DNA of 59,585 nucleotides from a virus (lineage: Duplodnaviria > Heunggongvirae > Uroviricota > Caudoviricetes), in the IMG/VR virus record IMGVR_UViG_3300006226_001702, positions 139,064 through 198,648 of that record. The stretch is one strand, 5' to 3'. Position numbers and translations under genes: made by a program. This document shows, in pieces, positions 46,500-55,897 of this stretch; the first letter of the stretch is position 1; the number at the start of each line of letters is the position of its first letter. Below the pieces are notes generated by a model. The model was given only the letters and a program-made list of their open reading frames with translations, did not search any database and had not been told where the DNA came from.

Positions 46500-47592
46500 T
46501 TTCTCCCGCTGGTTCTTCAGTTTCTATAAACTCTTCGCCTAATGCATCAACTAAATCCGTTTCAGCAATAGCTTCATTATTTACGTCAAGTTTATTTTCT
46601 GATACGAGCATTTCATCAACTCGCTTTTTCATATCATCATAAGCAGTGAGATTATTATTTAACCAGTCTTGTAGTTTAACTCTTCCCTGTAATGATTTTT
46701 CCTCATTTGGTACATAAAAATAAGCACCCTTCTGTTTAACGATATCAAATGCGATTAAGAAGTCAATGTATTCTTCTTCTGGCTTAAAGCCGCCATTGTA
46801 ATAGAGGTTCATATTTGCGTCTCTAAAAGGAACGCCCGTTTTGTTCTTGTAATTACGTACTCGAATTGAGATACCAATAGTTCCATCAGCATCTTTTAAT
46901 TGGTCAGTTTTTGTTACTCTGTTTACAACTGATGCGTAGAATTTTGGTGCTTCGCCACCAGTTACAGATGGTAAGTGACTCATTGGTTGCATGTTAACTC
47001 GTTCTTGTGATATCCAAAACATTGTCGTGTTATAGTTTGCATTGAGAATGTTGATCTTGCGTAAGAACTCACTTAATGCTTTTGCGCTACCACCAAATGA
47101 AGCTTTTCCTGCAACGTCTGCCATTTGTGCTCTAGAGCCTGCTGCTGCATCACTGTCTAAAATGATACAAGCTATCTCATCCGTTTTGATTAGTTCAACT
47201 AAAGTATCACAAGCTGATTCTACATCGTCTGGTAGTAAGTGAATGAACTTCTTTGGGTCAGTGTCTATTCCAACTTGTGATGCGAATCTACCCTCAAAAG
47301 TGCGCTCGAAGTCAACATATACAACTACATTCTTATCTGGTTGTCCGAGAAAATCGGGTAACTTTTTCTGTAACTGAGCTGCACAATAGCAGGATATGAT
47401 TGACTTGCCGCTGGATTCTGGGCCTCTGAAACGAATCATTCTACCAATTGGAATGCCACCTCCAAATAGGTAACTTAATTGTGGACTATCTACCTTAACT
47501 TTTCTAATTGAAGCTGATGTGACGATATCTCCGAAGATTTTTGGTTGTTTTTTTGCTATTCCAGTAATGATACTGTCTAATTTCTTTGACAT
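46483..47592 (-). CDS. recA: RecA/UvsX recombinase
   Basis: GGGIPIGR, GPESSGKS, VDFE, ILDS, SQER, TGGEAPKFYAS, KNKTGVPFR, KQKGAYF. Confidence 0.93.
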   Translation of the reverse strand: MSKKLDSIITGIAKKQPKIFGDIVTSASIRKVKVDSPQLSYLFGGGIPIGRMIRFRGPESSGKSIISCYCAAQLQKKLPDFLGQPDKNVVVYVDFERTFEGRFASQVGIDTDPKKFIHLLPDDVESACDTLVELIKTDEIACIILDSDAAAGSRAQMADVAGKASFGGSAKALSEFLRKINILNANYNTTMFWISQERVNMQPMSHLPSVTGGEAPKFYASVVNRVTKTDQLKDADGTIGISIRVRNYKNKTGVPFRDANMNLYYNGGFKPEEEYIDFLIAFDIVKQKGAYFYVPNEEKSLQGRVKLQDWLNNNLTAYDDMKKRVDEMLVSENKLDVNNEAIAETDLVDALGEEFIETEEPAGEIETDE

Positions 47593-47613
47593 ATAACTCC
47601 TATTGGAATTATA

Positions 47614-48651
47614 TTAACTTCTCACATTTATTATTGCGTTGCAAGTCCATGGGGCATTACTCCAATGTTCCCAAATTTGGCCATTAACAGTATGCCAAAT
47701 AGCAGTTGTTGATCTGCCACACATTAAAGCAAATTCTTCATTATTATCTATTTGTTGCCAGTTTCCAGTGGAAGGTGGCATTAATGGCGCTGTGATGATA
47801 CTTGAAAATGTTCTAGTAGATGATGTAAAAACTCTACAACCTTGGTCACCAGAATATATTGGACAAATATGTATTCCCTTAAAAGCAGTAGCAGCCCAAA
47901 GAGCTCGAGTATTTGGACTCTCATTAACAATAGTCCAACTTTCTCCATTTAATGACCAAGCATATCCAGTTTGATTATGACCAATAGCTAAGAATACACC
48001 ATCCTCATAAGTTACTGATGTTATAGCAGATGGCTGAGTTACAGTTCTATTTGTCCAAGTTGTACCATTCGTTGTTGTCCCAATTCTCCCACTTGTATCA
48101 GCTCCATGAACTAAAATATCAACGTTATGCGCAAAACCATTTATTCTTTCTACCCCAGACCCAGTATTAAAATTACCAGCTGCTGACCAATTTAAACCAT
48201 CTACAGATCTAAAAACTAAGGCATTACCAGCTAATCTTTGTGTAAGATAAAAGTATCCTTTCCAAAAATGACAAAGACATGGACCTGTTGTTGGCATAGC
48301 ATATAATGTCCAGGTTTGTCCAAAATTTGTTGATCTACTATAAGCACTTCCTGTACTACCAACTGCTATAACTATTCCGTCATTTCCAGAAGCAAATTTA
48401 TTTACTCTTGATCCTATATTTAAATTAGAAACAGTTGTCCAAGATTTTCCATTATCAGTTGATCTTGCTATTCTTGGTTCTGATTGTGAACTTATTAGCC
48501 AATATGGTGTTGGATCACCTCTACCATAATTCGATAAAAATGATGTTTTCTTTTCATAAAACACTTCACCATTAATCCAGGCTTTATTTACCTTTTCACC
48601 ATTAATGAACATGTCATTTACTTTTTCGCCATTTATGAAAGTTGTTGCCAT
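47614..48651 (-). CDS. beta-propeller (Asp-box/BNR) receptor-binding-type protein
   Basis: STDNGKSW, STNFGQTW, SVDGLNW, TTNGTTW, SLNGESW repeats; N-terminal (F/W)INGE x3. Confidence 0.7.
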   Translation of the reverse strand: MATTFINGEKVNDMFINGEKVNKAWINGEVFYEKKTSFLSNYGRGDPTPYWLISSQSEPRIARSTDNGKSWTTVSNLNIGSRVNKFASGNDGIVIAVGSTGSAYSRSTNFGQTWTLYAMPTTGPCLCHFWKGYFYLTQRLAGNALVFRSVDGLNWSAAGNFNTGSGVERINGFAHNVDILVHGADTSGRIGTTTNGTTWTNRTVTQPSAITSVTYEDGVFLAIGHNQTGYAWSLNGESWTIVNESPNTRALWAATAFKGIHICPIYSGDQGCRVFTSSTRTFSSIITAPLMPPSTGNWQQIDNNEEFALMCGRSTTAIWHTVNGQIWEHWSNAPWTCNAIINVRS

Positions 48652-48659
48652 TTTATATC

Positions 48660-51347
48660 CTAAACTGTGTAATAAATAATGCCAGGATTATTTGCTGATA
48701 AAGTTGCATTTGCTGAATCTGTACCAGTTACTTTTGTGGCCATTGTTCTATCAAATGTTGGATTTAATAAATCATATTGAGTTCCATTAAATCTAAATAA
48801 CATTGGTCTATTTGGTAAAAAGAATCCTTCTCGACCAGTTGTTCCAACAATATTATTACCATTAACTCTAATTGCTCTTGCTGTTCCACCAGAAGCTGAA
48901 GTCCTAATATTTAACGTTGGAGATGCAGCATTATTACCAACGGTAAAGTTTACTACAACTAATTCACCAGCAACAGGCACTCTGGCCGCATCGTTTACTA
49001 CTTTTGCAGCTGTTCCAATTGCAGTAGTACATTCAAGAACCATCACCTCTTTTGGAAGCGTTGGGAGTGGATGCCTATGATCACTTCTAGCAAAAGTTGT
49101 TGCACTACCATGAGCAATAGTTTGTCCAAACTCTGCACCAGTATCACCTAAGTTCGCTCCAATTGGAAGCGGTTCAGTCCCAGTGCCTAATCCTAAATCA
49201 TTTCTCAATGAAGTGGCACCAGTCATATTTCTCCAAGCGGGGACAGTAGCAACTGCTCCAGTGTGAACTAATGCTTGTGTCACGTTTGCTGTTGGGGCTG
49301 CTACAACTCCTGTTGCTGTTGCTGATGTTGCATAGTTTATGTTACCAGCAGCTTGTGATGTTCTGTTAGTTCCCCCTCTTGCTACTGGAAGAGTCCCAGT
49401 TACATCAGTTGTTGCTAAACCGTGGGAGTGAGTTGCGTTTGCTTTATCATCATGAGTGTGCACTGTGTCTGCCTTATCAGGATGGTTATGTTCAGTTTGA
49501 GCTGCATCAATTGCTGTTCTGATGGAAGCAGAGTCTGACCCAGTTCCTAAACCTAAATCGTTTCTTAATGATGTTGCACCAGTCATGTTTCTCCATGCTG
49601 GAACTGTTGCAACTGTGCCAGTATGAGCCAACACTTGAGTTACATTAGCAGTCGGTGCTGCCACTACTCCTGTTGCAGTAGTAGATGTGGCATAATTTAT
49701 ATTACCCGCTGCCTGTGAAGTTCTATTAGTACCGCCTTTATTTACTGGAAGTGTGCCCGTTATATCTGTTGTTGCTAAACCATGAGTGTGAGTTGAATCG
49801 GCTTTACCATCTATTGCAGTTAAAATACTATCAATAATAGCTGGGTTGTTTTTTAGCGCGGCGGCAATTTCTTGAAGAGTGTCAAGAGCTTCTGGAGCTG
49901 CCCCAACTACTTTTGCTATTTCAGTATCAATTGCAGCGATTAAACCTTCAATATCAGTTGCATTATGTATATGAGTTATTAAAGCATATTTTAAGTCAGC
50001 ATTACTATTTATAGAAGCTACTAATGCATCAATATCGCTAATATCAGATGCAACATGAGTGTGAATAGTTTGAGCTGCATCAATAGCAGTACGTACTGAA
50101 GCTGCATCTCCACCATTACCTAGTCCCATTCTCCACATTAGTGAATTATTACCTCGTAATGGAGACCATGCAGGTTTATCTGTAACATTACCCACATGTA
50201 CTAATGCTTGGTCAACACCATTCATTGGAGGTTCTATAATTTCCATTGCTGAAGCAATGATGTAAGGCATACTTCCATTTGACCAAGCAGTTCTGTTAGT
50301 TCCACCTCTATTAAGAGGAAGTGTACCAGTTGTTTCACTAATACTATGAGTATGTTCATTTGTAGCAAATTGAGCTAAATCAGGTTGATCAACTAAACTG
50401 TTATAACTGATTTGTCCGCCACTATAATCATTTTCATGAGCATGTGGCAATAGGGATGATATTGGGAAAAAGCCTAATACACCACCTTGCCGACTTTCAA
50501 CACTACCAAAGAAAAATAACATTGGAGCATTTGTTTTATTATTTCTTAATTCTTGAATTGTGTAAGTTTCATAATGGAATTCTTCACCACCCCAAGATGC
50601 TGGTATAACTGACCATGATTTAATTATTGGAATTCCCCAACCGTCTGGACCACCAAAGTTTTCGTCTAAAATCCAAAATTTATCAGTATCAATTTCATCA
50701 AACTCTGGGCTCATTAGATGATTAATTACACAGAATGATCTTTCTTGAAGAGTTCTATCTGCCCTATCTATATCAAGGGCTACAATTTTTTCACTTGGAT
50801 TTTTTGGGTTATCAACAACACTTGCATTATATTGCATTGTGACTCGTCTAATGAAAAACATGTCAAAAAATTCTTTATAATTTATATAATTTACAGCAAT
50901 AAAATCAGTTGTATATGTTCTATCTCTACTAGAAAGAATGCCAAATTCATTTGTTAATAATTGGCCAATAATTACTTCAAATTCTGCTTCATAAATGTTT
51001 TTAATATAAAAATGAAGTTTATCATCTTCTTGTTCATAAAAAATAATGTTAATGTCATCCCATTGATTTTCATATGAAACCCAATTATCAAAAGCAGTCG
51101 TTAAAAATATTTCATGAATATCATTTCCACTTTTAATTAAAGTACCAGTATAAGCAATATGATTAGTGTTAACTGAGATATTTAGCATAGCGCCAGTGTT
51201 TGCGCCTAACGAAAATAAATATTTGAAGGGCTCATTTGGTTCTACTTTTATTTTAAATAATCTATTTGATGCTGATTCTTGATGCGTTTTAAATTCACCA
51301 ACAAATGCATCTGTGTTTTTTAATTCTACCATCGATCTCTCCCCCAT
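48660..51347 (-). CDS. tail fibre protein
   Basis: HxH motifs, TGTLP..GGT repeats, APEALDTLQEIAAAL, FARSDHRHP. Confidence 0.85.
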   Translation of the reverse strand: MGERSMVELKNTDAFVGEFKTHQESASNRLFKIKVEPNEPFKYLFSLGANTGAMLNISVNTNHIAYTGTLIKSGNDIHEIFLTTAFDNWVSYENQWDDINIIFYEQEDDKLHFYIKNIYEAEFEVIIGQLLTNEFGILSSRDRTYTTDFIAVNYINYKEFFDMFFIRRVTMQYNASVVDNPKNPSEKIVALDIDRADRTLQERSFCVINHLMSPEFDEIDTDKFWILDENFGGPDGWGIPIIKSWSVIPASWGGEEFHYETYTIQELRNNKTNAPMLFFFGSVESRQGGVLGFFPISSLLPHAHENDYSGGQISYNSLVDQPDLAQFATNEHTHSISETTGTLPLNRGGTNRTAWSNGSMPYIIASAMEIIEPPMNGVDQALVHVGNVTDKPAWSPLRGNNSLMWRMGLGNGGDAASVRTAIDAAQTIHTHVASDISDIDALVASINSNADLKYALITHIHNATDIEGLIAAIDTEIAKVVGAAPEALDTLQEIAAALKNNPAIIDSILTAIDGKADSTHTHGLATTDITGTLPVNKGGTNRTSQAAGNINYATSTTATGVVAAPTANVTQVLAHTGTVATVPAWRNMTGATSLRNDLGLGTGSDSASIRTAIDAAQTEHNHPDKADTVHTHDDKANATHSHGLATTDVTGTLPVARGGTNRTSQAAGNINYATSATATGVVAAPTANVTQALVHTGAVATVPAWRNMTGATSLRNDLGLGTGTEPLPIGANLGDTGAEFGQTIAHGSATTFARSDHRHPLPTLPKEVMVLECTTAIGTAAKVVNDAARVPVAGELVVVNFTVGNNAASPTLNIRTSASGGTARAIRVNGNNIVGTTGREGFFLPNRPMLFRFNGTQYDLLNPTFDRTMATKVTGTDSANATLSANNPGIIYYTV
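49178..49800 (-). repeat. internal ~88-codon duplication in tail fibre (copies offset by 360 nt; degenerate third copy near 50100-50360)
   Basis: HGLATTD.TGTLPV..GGTNRTSQAAGNINYATS...RNMTGATSLRNDLGLGTG twice, with synonymous divergence. Confidence 0.85.
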
Positions 51348-51408
51348 ATAATATCTAATAATCTAGTCTCATTATCTCTGAGCCATCTATGAATCATTCT
51401 CTATCTCC

Positions 51409-51615
51409 TTATAGTCTAATTTTTATCTGTGAATTTGGTTGACTCCAACCACTCAATATTTTCTCATCTGCTTTGAATACAAATTCAGCTGGGTCATTTA
51501 ATTCATCAAATCTATATTCAATATCATTAATTCTGAAAGTTTCTTTTAATTCAGCACCCTTTGGAATTTTAGCTTCCCATTGACCACTTTCATTTGCAGT
51601 TGTCAATATTTTCAT
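51409..51615 (-). CDS. small tail-associated protein
   Basis: Coupled to upstream ORF. Confidence 0.45.
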   Translation of the reverse strand: MKILTTANESGQWEAKIPKGAELKETFRINDIEYRFDELNDPAEFVFKADEKILSGWSQPNSQIKIRL

Positions 51616-52478
51616 TAAGCTCTCCTTTCTACTGAAACGAGGAACTTTAATCTTCCATTAGTTGGCCACATAATAACTTCCCACCATTTATCTTCTACTG
51701 GGTTGTCATGATCTAAAATGTGGTACATGATAGTTTCATTTGAGTTAGTGTAAATAACGGAATCAATAACTACTGGAGTGCTTGACAAGTTTAATGATGT
51801 GTTAGTTTCATGTTCAATGCTTGAATTATAAATTGACACTCTTCTAACTACTACATTTTTGTTATTACCAGTTGTTGAACGAATTGTGCACCTTAAATCA
51901 CTAGAGCCCTGCTTTGTTATAGTTAATTCAATTCCATCAAAAGAGATATAAAAATCGTTATCTACTAGATTAGCAATTGCTGATCTTCTTAATGGTGTGA
52001 ATGTGCTATTCTTTAAGTTAGGTGAAAATGATACTTCATTTGGTAACTCTTGTGGTGGGTCATCATTTAACACATAAACCCTACCATATTGTGGCTCGAG
52101 GAAAAATAAATAATATCTATCATCTCTAACAGTGAATGATTTAGTTATATTAAATGTCCCCATTGAATTACCTTCAAATGTATATGAGAATGCATTTATA
52201 GATTTACCAAACATTGTTGAGTTAAATTGAACTGCAACAAAATAGACGTCTTCATCAATATAGGGATGTGCATTTACATCTTCATAACGTAATGTATAAC
52301 GATCATTATTAATGTTTAAGTCTTCAGTGCCACGATTTTCCCAATATGGAAATTGTCTCAAATGAGTTGGTTTATTTAAGATGTATGCCTTATCACCAGG
52401 TTTGGCATCCCAATTAGCTTGCTCGCTAACATCGGCTAAAATTTGTAATGTGCCATCTTCTAATTTCTTTACTATCAT
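51615..52478 (-). CDS. tail fibre-associated protein
   Basis: QANWDA......YILNKP fibre motif; start at MIVKK after ACTAATTA-TT. Confidence 0.65.
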   Translation of the reverse strand: MIVKKLEDGTLQILADVSEQANWDAKPGDKAYILNKPTHLRQFPYWENRGTEDLNINNDRYTLRYEDVNAHPYIDEDVYFVAVQFNSTMFGKSINAFSYTFEGNSMGTFNITKSFTVRDDRYYLFFLEPQYGRVYVLNDDPPQELPNEVSFSPNLKNSTFTPLRRSAIANLVDNDFYISFDGIELTITKQGSSDLRCTIRSTTGNNKNVVVRRVSIYNSSIEHETNTSLNLSSTPVVIDSVIYTNSNETIMYHILDHDNPVEDKWWEVIMWPTNGRLKFLVSVERRA

Positions 52479-52497
52479 AATAATTAGTTCCCAATGC

Positions 52498-52527
52498 AAA
52501 AAAAAGAGGGAACTTGACGTTCCCTCT
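52498..52527 (-). terminator. intrinsic terminator
   Basis: AGAGGGAAC-GTCAA-GTTCCCTCT followed by T tract. Confidence 0.85.
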
Positions 52528-52547
52528 GTAATAATTTCTAAATCAAA

Positions 52548-53585
52548 TTAGACTACTGTTACAATGTCTTCTTCAACAATGAATAATTCGCCAGGTGCGC
52601 CAGTTACTGCTGCTACTGTTGCGAAAGATTTGATATCCAATTTTAATCCATTTGCTGATGTTGATAAGTTTGGTCCATCAACCTTAACTGAAATAACATT
52701 AGCTTCATCAATTTCAATACCATTACCTGCAGCTGATTTTTGAATCAATGCAGTAACGTTTGCCATTGTGATATCTTTTGGTTTTGCGCCTGTGTTTGGA
52801 CCAGATGGGTCATAAACTATAACGAGGTAAGTACCTTGTACGTTTCCAACTGGATTTGGTAATGCTACATCTGCTGGTTGTGTTGCCCATGCTGTGCCAT
52901 TAAACACATAAAGTCCAGCATGTTCTAATGCTGATTCTAAGTCTAAGTTAACTTCTGTTAAAATAGCACCTTCACCGTCTTTTAATTGAAGTTTATGGCT
53001 TGCATAATCTAATGTTAAGTCAATGCCTTCACCATTTTCAAGTGCATCTAGTCTTCCATTTACAGTTGTAATTGCTGTGTCAATATATGGCTTAATAAAT
53101 GCAGATTCTGGATTATTTTCAATTCTAATTGTATTACCATGAGTTGGAATTTGTAATGGGGTTGAAGCATTTATTCTTGAAACAGTTATTGATCTACCAT
53201 TAAAATCAACATCAGTTACAAATTGTCCTTCAGCAAAAGTTTCAAGAGTTTCAACTCTATCAAGAAGTGATTCACCTGGTTCAGTTGTTCCAGTTCCAGT
53301 TCCTAAGATTTCATTAATTGCTTCAATAGCTTCATCAATGTAATCTTTAATAGATGTACTATCATCATCAGTTATATCTATTGTGTCACCATAAAGGTCA
53401 CCAATAGCTTCAGTTACATTAGTTGTAACATTAGTTATATTAGTTTCAATAGTTGTAAGTTGATCTTGTAAATCGCCAATGTCAGCAATATCGAGAACTA
53501 CAACACCAGTTTTTCCATTTACACTGCGTACTGGGGAAACGTCCGCTATAACTTTCTTTTGTCCGTCAATAATTTTCACAATCAT
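52548..53585 (-). CDS. tail fibre/appendage protein
   Basis: VRSVNGKTGVV motif, AGNGIEI; acidic, Thr-rich. Confidence 0.7.
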   Translation of the reverse strand: MIVKIIDGQKKVIADVSPVRSVNGKTGVVVLDIADIGDLQDQLTTIETNITNVTTNVTEAIGDLYGDTIDITDDDSTSIKDYIDEAIEAINEILGTGTGTTEPGESLLDRVETLETFAEGQFVTDVDFNGRSITVSRINASTPLQIPTHGNTIRIENNPESAFIKPYIDTAITTVNGRLDALENGEGIDLTLDYASHKLQLKDGEGAILTEVNLDLESALEHAGLYVFNGTAWATQPADVALPNPVGNVQGTYLVIVYDPSGPNTGAKPKDITMANVTALIQKSAAGNGIEIDEANVISVKVDGPNLSTSANGLKLDIKSFATVAAVTGAPGELFIVEEDIVTVV

Positions 53586-53608
53586 TTATTTTACTCCTTC
53601 TAATGATT

Positions 53609-55327
53609 TTATGGTTCTAGCGGGTCTAAGATTTCCGCATCGTCTGTAATATAATAAACACCATCGAAACTTTTATCGTTTTCTTCTGGTTTTATATCCT
53701 CTTGGAATTTTTCTAATGTGTCGCACCAAGTAGTGTACTTTAAGCCTTGGCGTGATGTTGATAATTCATAAGTTGAGTTAGGATCTCTGTTGATAGAGAT
53801 AATGTTGCTTTCAACTTTTCCATTAACTGTTCTTTCATGAATCTTAATACCCCAACCTGCATGGAAAGCTTCAAAAATCTTTGCTAAGCAAGTAAATGAA
53901 TATTGTAAATTATCATGAGCATCTAAAAAGCCTAATACTAAGTACTGACCTTTTGCTGGTGTTGTGCCAAGGAATTGTTCTGCTGCACCAATGATATCAT
54001 CTTTCTTAATGCCTTCTGGAAGGTGTTCATCATCTGGAATGTCCCATGCACCATGTTCGTTTAATACACAAACTTGAGCATATGCTAATGTTGAACCTAA
54101 AGTTAAGTTTACAGTTCCTAAGTTTGCTTTTGTTACGACTGGATTTTCTGGGTCAGTTGTATCAGTAACTTCTTTACCAAAAAGTGTAAGTACATCTGGG
54201 CCAGTTTGTTCGAGACTTAATTCAGTTCGAAGTCCATTATCTTCCCAAACAAGCACTTGGTCTTCTGGGCGAACTACTGTTTTTCTATTTAAGTTATCAA
54301 TTTGACCTGTTACAAATTGATTTGGTCTACCTGGTGCTAAAGCAATATCATTACCAAAAATTGATATATGGCCGCCATTCTCTAAGCTACCAGCATGAAT
54401 CTTATAGTTGGCATTTCCTTGAACACCACCAGTGTGAATGCTTCTAATTGCTTCAGCATTTAACTGACGAATCATTGCAGCATATTCATTATGAATGATA
54501 ATTTCTGGTTTAAGTTTTGGTGTTGCACCATCATCTTCTAAGAAGTCGTAGTCAAATTTAATTCCATCACCGCCAACTAAAGAGACTTGTGCAATTTGTG
54601 GCTGGCCACTATCGACATCAACCATGTGCATTGTTAAGTCAATCTTATCTTCTGAGCCTCTTGCGAAGTCAGGTTCAACTGCTGTTACAATGAATCTCTT
54701 GTCTTTGAATTCAGGAAGTGGGTGTTCAGACTTAGTAATAATTGATTTTCCAATGTAGTCATCTTCTAAATCTTCAACTCTACCAATAAATGATTTTGAA
54801 ACATTAAGAAGGACATCTGGATTATGACTTGCGCCAGCTTCTAAACTGAACTCAATTTCGTCGCCAGCTTTAATTGTGAAAGTGTCTTCCTTTGTACCTG
54901 CTGCATCATCAACAAAGCTTGTGAACTGTGTTATTGTGATTTCAGTTGGTTTTGCTGGGGAATCTACACCCACTGCTAATGCGTTAAGAAGAGCTTTTCT
55001 AGTGTGTCCACCTTGAATAGCAATTCTATCCATTCTAACGTAATCGAGATTATTTGTTCTTTCATCAAGTTCTGCTAAATCATCTCTTAAGTCATCAATA
55101 TAATCTCTAACACTTAAGCCTCTAGAATCTCCTTCACTATCAACATTCCAATCTTTGTCAACTGTTGTTACTTCAGCTAAATCAAATGGGATGTTGCTAG
55201 CATCTAAAACTAAGTTTTTTAGATTATCTTCAGTCTTATTTCCAGTATATTTTTTGAAGTTAACTGCTTCGAGTTTATTTACTTCAGCAAAAAGTTTTTT
55301 CTCGCCATTAATAATTCTAAAAATCAT
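53609..55327 (-). CDS. tail fibre/appendage protein
   Basis: C-terminal third paralogous to 52548..53585. Confidence 0.6.
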   Translation of the reverse strand: MIFRIINGEKKLFAEVNKLEAVNFKKYTGNKTEDNLKNLVLDASNIPFDLAEVTTVDKDWNVDSEGDSRGLSVRDYIDDLRDDLAELDERTNNLDYVRMDRIAIQGGHTRKALLNALAVGVDSPAKPTEITITQFTSFVDDAAGTKEDTFTIKAGDEIEFSLEAGASHNPDVLLNVSKSFIGRVEDLEDDYIGKSIITKSEHPLPEFKDKRFIVTAVEPDFARGSEDKIDLTMHMVDVDSGQPQIAQVSLVGGDGIKFDYDFLEDDGATPKLKPEIIIHNEYAAMIRQLNAEAIRSIHTGGVQGNANYKIHAGSLENGGHISIFGNDIALAPGRPNQFVTGQIDNLNRKTVVRPEDQVLVWEDNGLRTELSLEQTGPDVLTLFGKEVTDTTDPENPVVTKANLGTVNLTLGSTLAYAQVCVLNEHGAWDIPDDEHLPEGIKKDDIIGAAEQFLGTTPAKGQYLVLGFLDAHDNLQYSFTCLAKIFEAFHAGWGIKIHERTVNGKVESNIISINRDPNSTYELSTSRQGLKYTTWCDTLEKFQEDIKPEENDKSFDGVYYITDDAEILDPLEP

Positions 55328-55355
55328 TTACTACTTACTCCTTATATTATATAGT

Positions 55356-55895
55356 TTAATTTTCAACAAAATATGTGCCAATGTTTTTATCGTCCTTGGC
55401 ATCTAAATTATCAAATTGGTATGACTGTAATACGATAGCCCCAACTTGCCTATTTGCATATTCATTTACGGACATTCCATAATGTGGAAGATGTTCGTTA
55501 AGTGTAGCCATGATAGTTTCACCACTTAAAGTTTCAATCATGTCTTTATGTGCTTCAACCAATTCTCTGACTTCTACAACCGCACGAATAATGTTGACAT
55601 ATTTAGTTTTGAGTGTTACCCAATCTTCTTTGTCCTCATTATCTTCATTTCCAATTACTCTATTAAATCTCTCAGTAAAATTATCAACAGTACCCAAAAT
55701 GCCATTAACTTTGTCAGCTATTTCATTTATTGCTTGATTTACATTTTTTCTAATAGTTTTTAGTTGATAATTCCTACTAGTAGATGTATGACTTGGAACT
55801 AATGGGTTTAAGTCTGAGTTATCAACTATAGAGAGTTTCTGTAATAAGTGTTTCTCACCTTGTGTTAAAGTTTGACCAAATAATGTTTCAACCAC
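55356..55895 (-). CDS. virion appendage protein
   Basis: LKT..KNV.QAINEI fibre-type motif. Confidence 0.5.
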   Translation of the reverse strand: MVETLFGQTLTQGEKHLLQKLSIVDNSDLNPLVPSHTSTSRNYQLKTIRKNVNQAINEIADKVNGILGTVDNFTERFNRVIGNEDNEDKEDWVTLKTKYVNIIRAVVEVRELVEAHKDMIETLSGETIMATLNEHLPHYGMSVNEYANRQVGAIVLQSYQFDNLDAKDDKNIGTYFVEN

Positions 55896-55897
55896 TT

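Noticed and set aside
47614-51347. Diversity-generating retroelement acting on the fibre repeats
   Set aside because: Both copies are in-frame coding with mostly synonymous differences, not adenine-specific; no reverse transcriptase in the window
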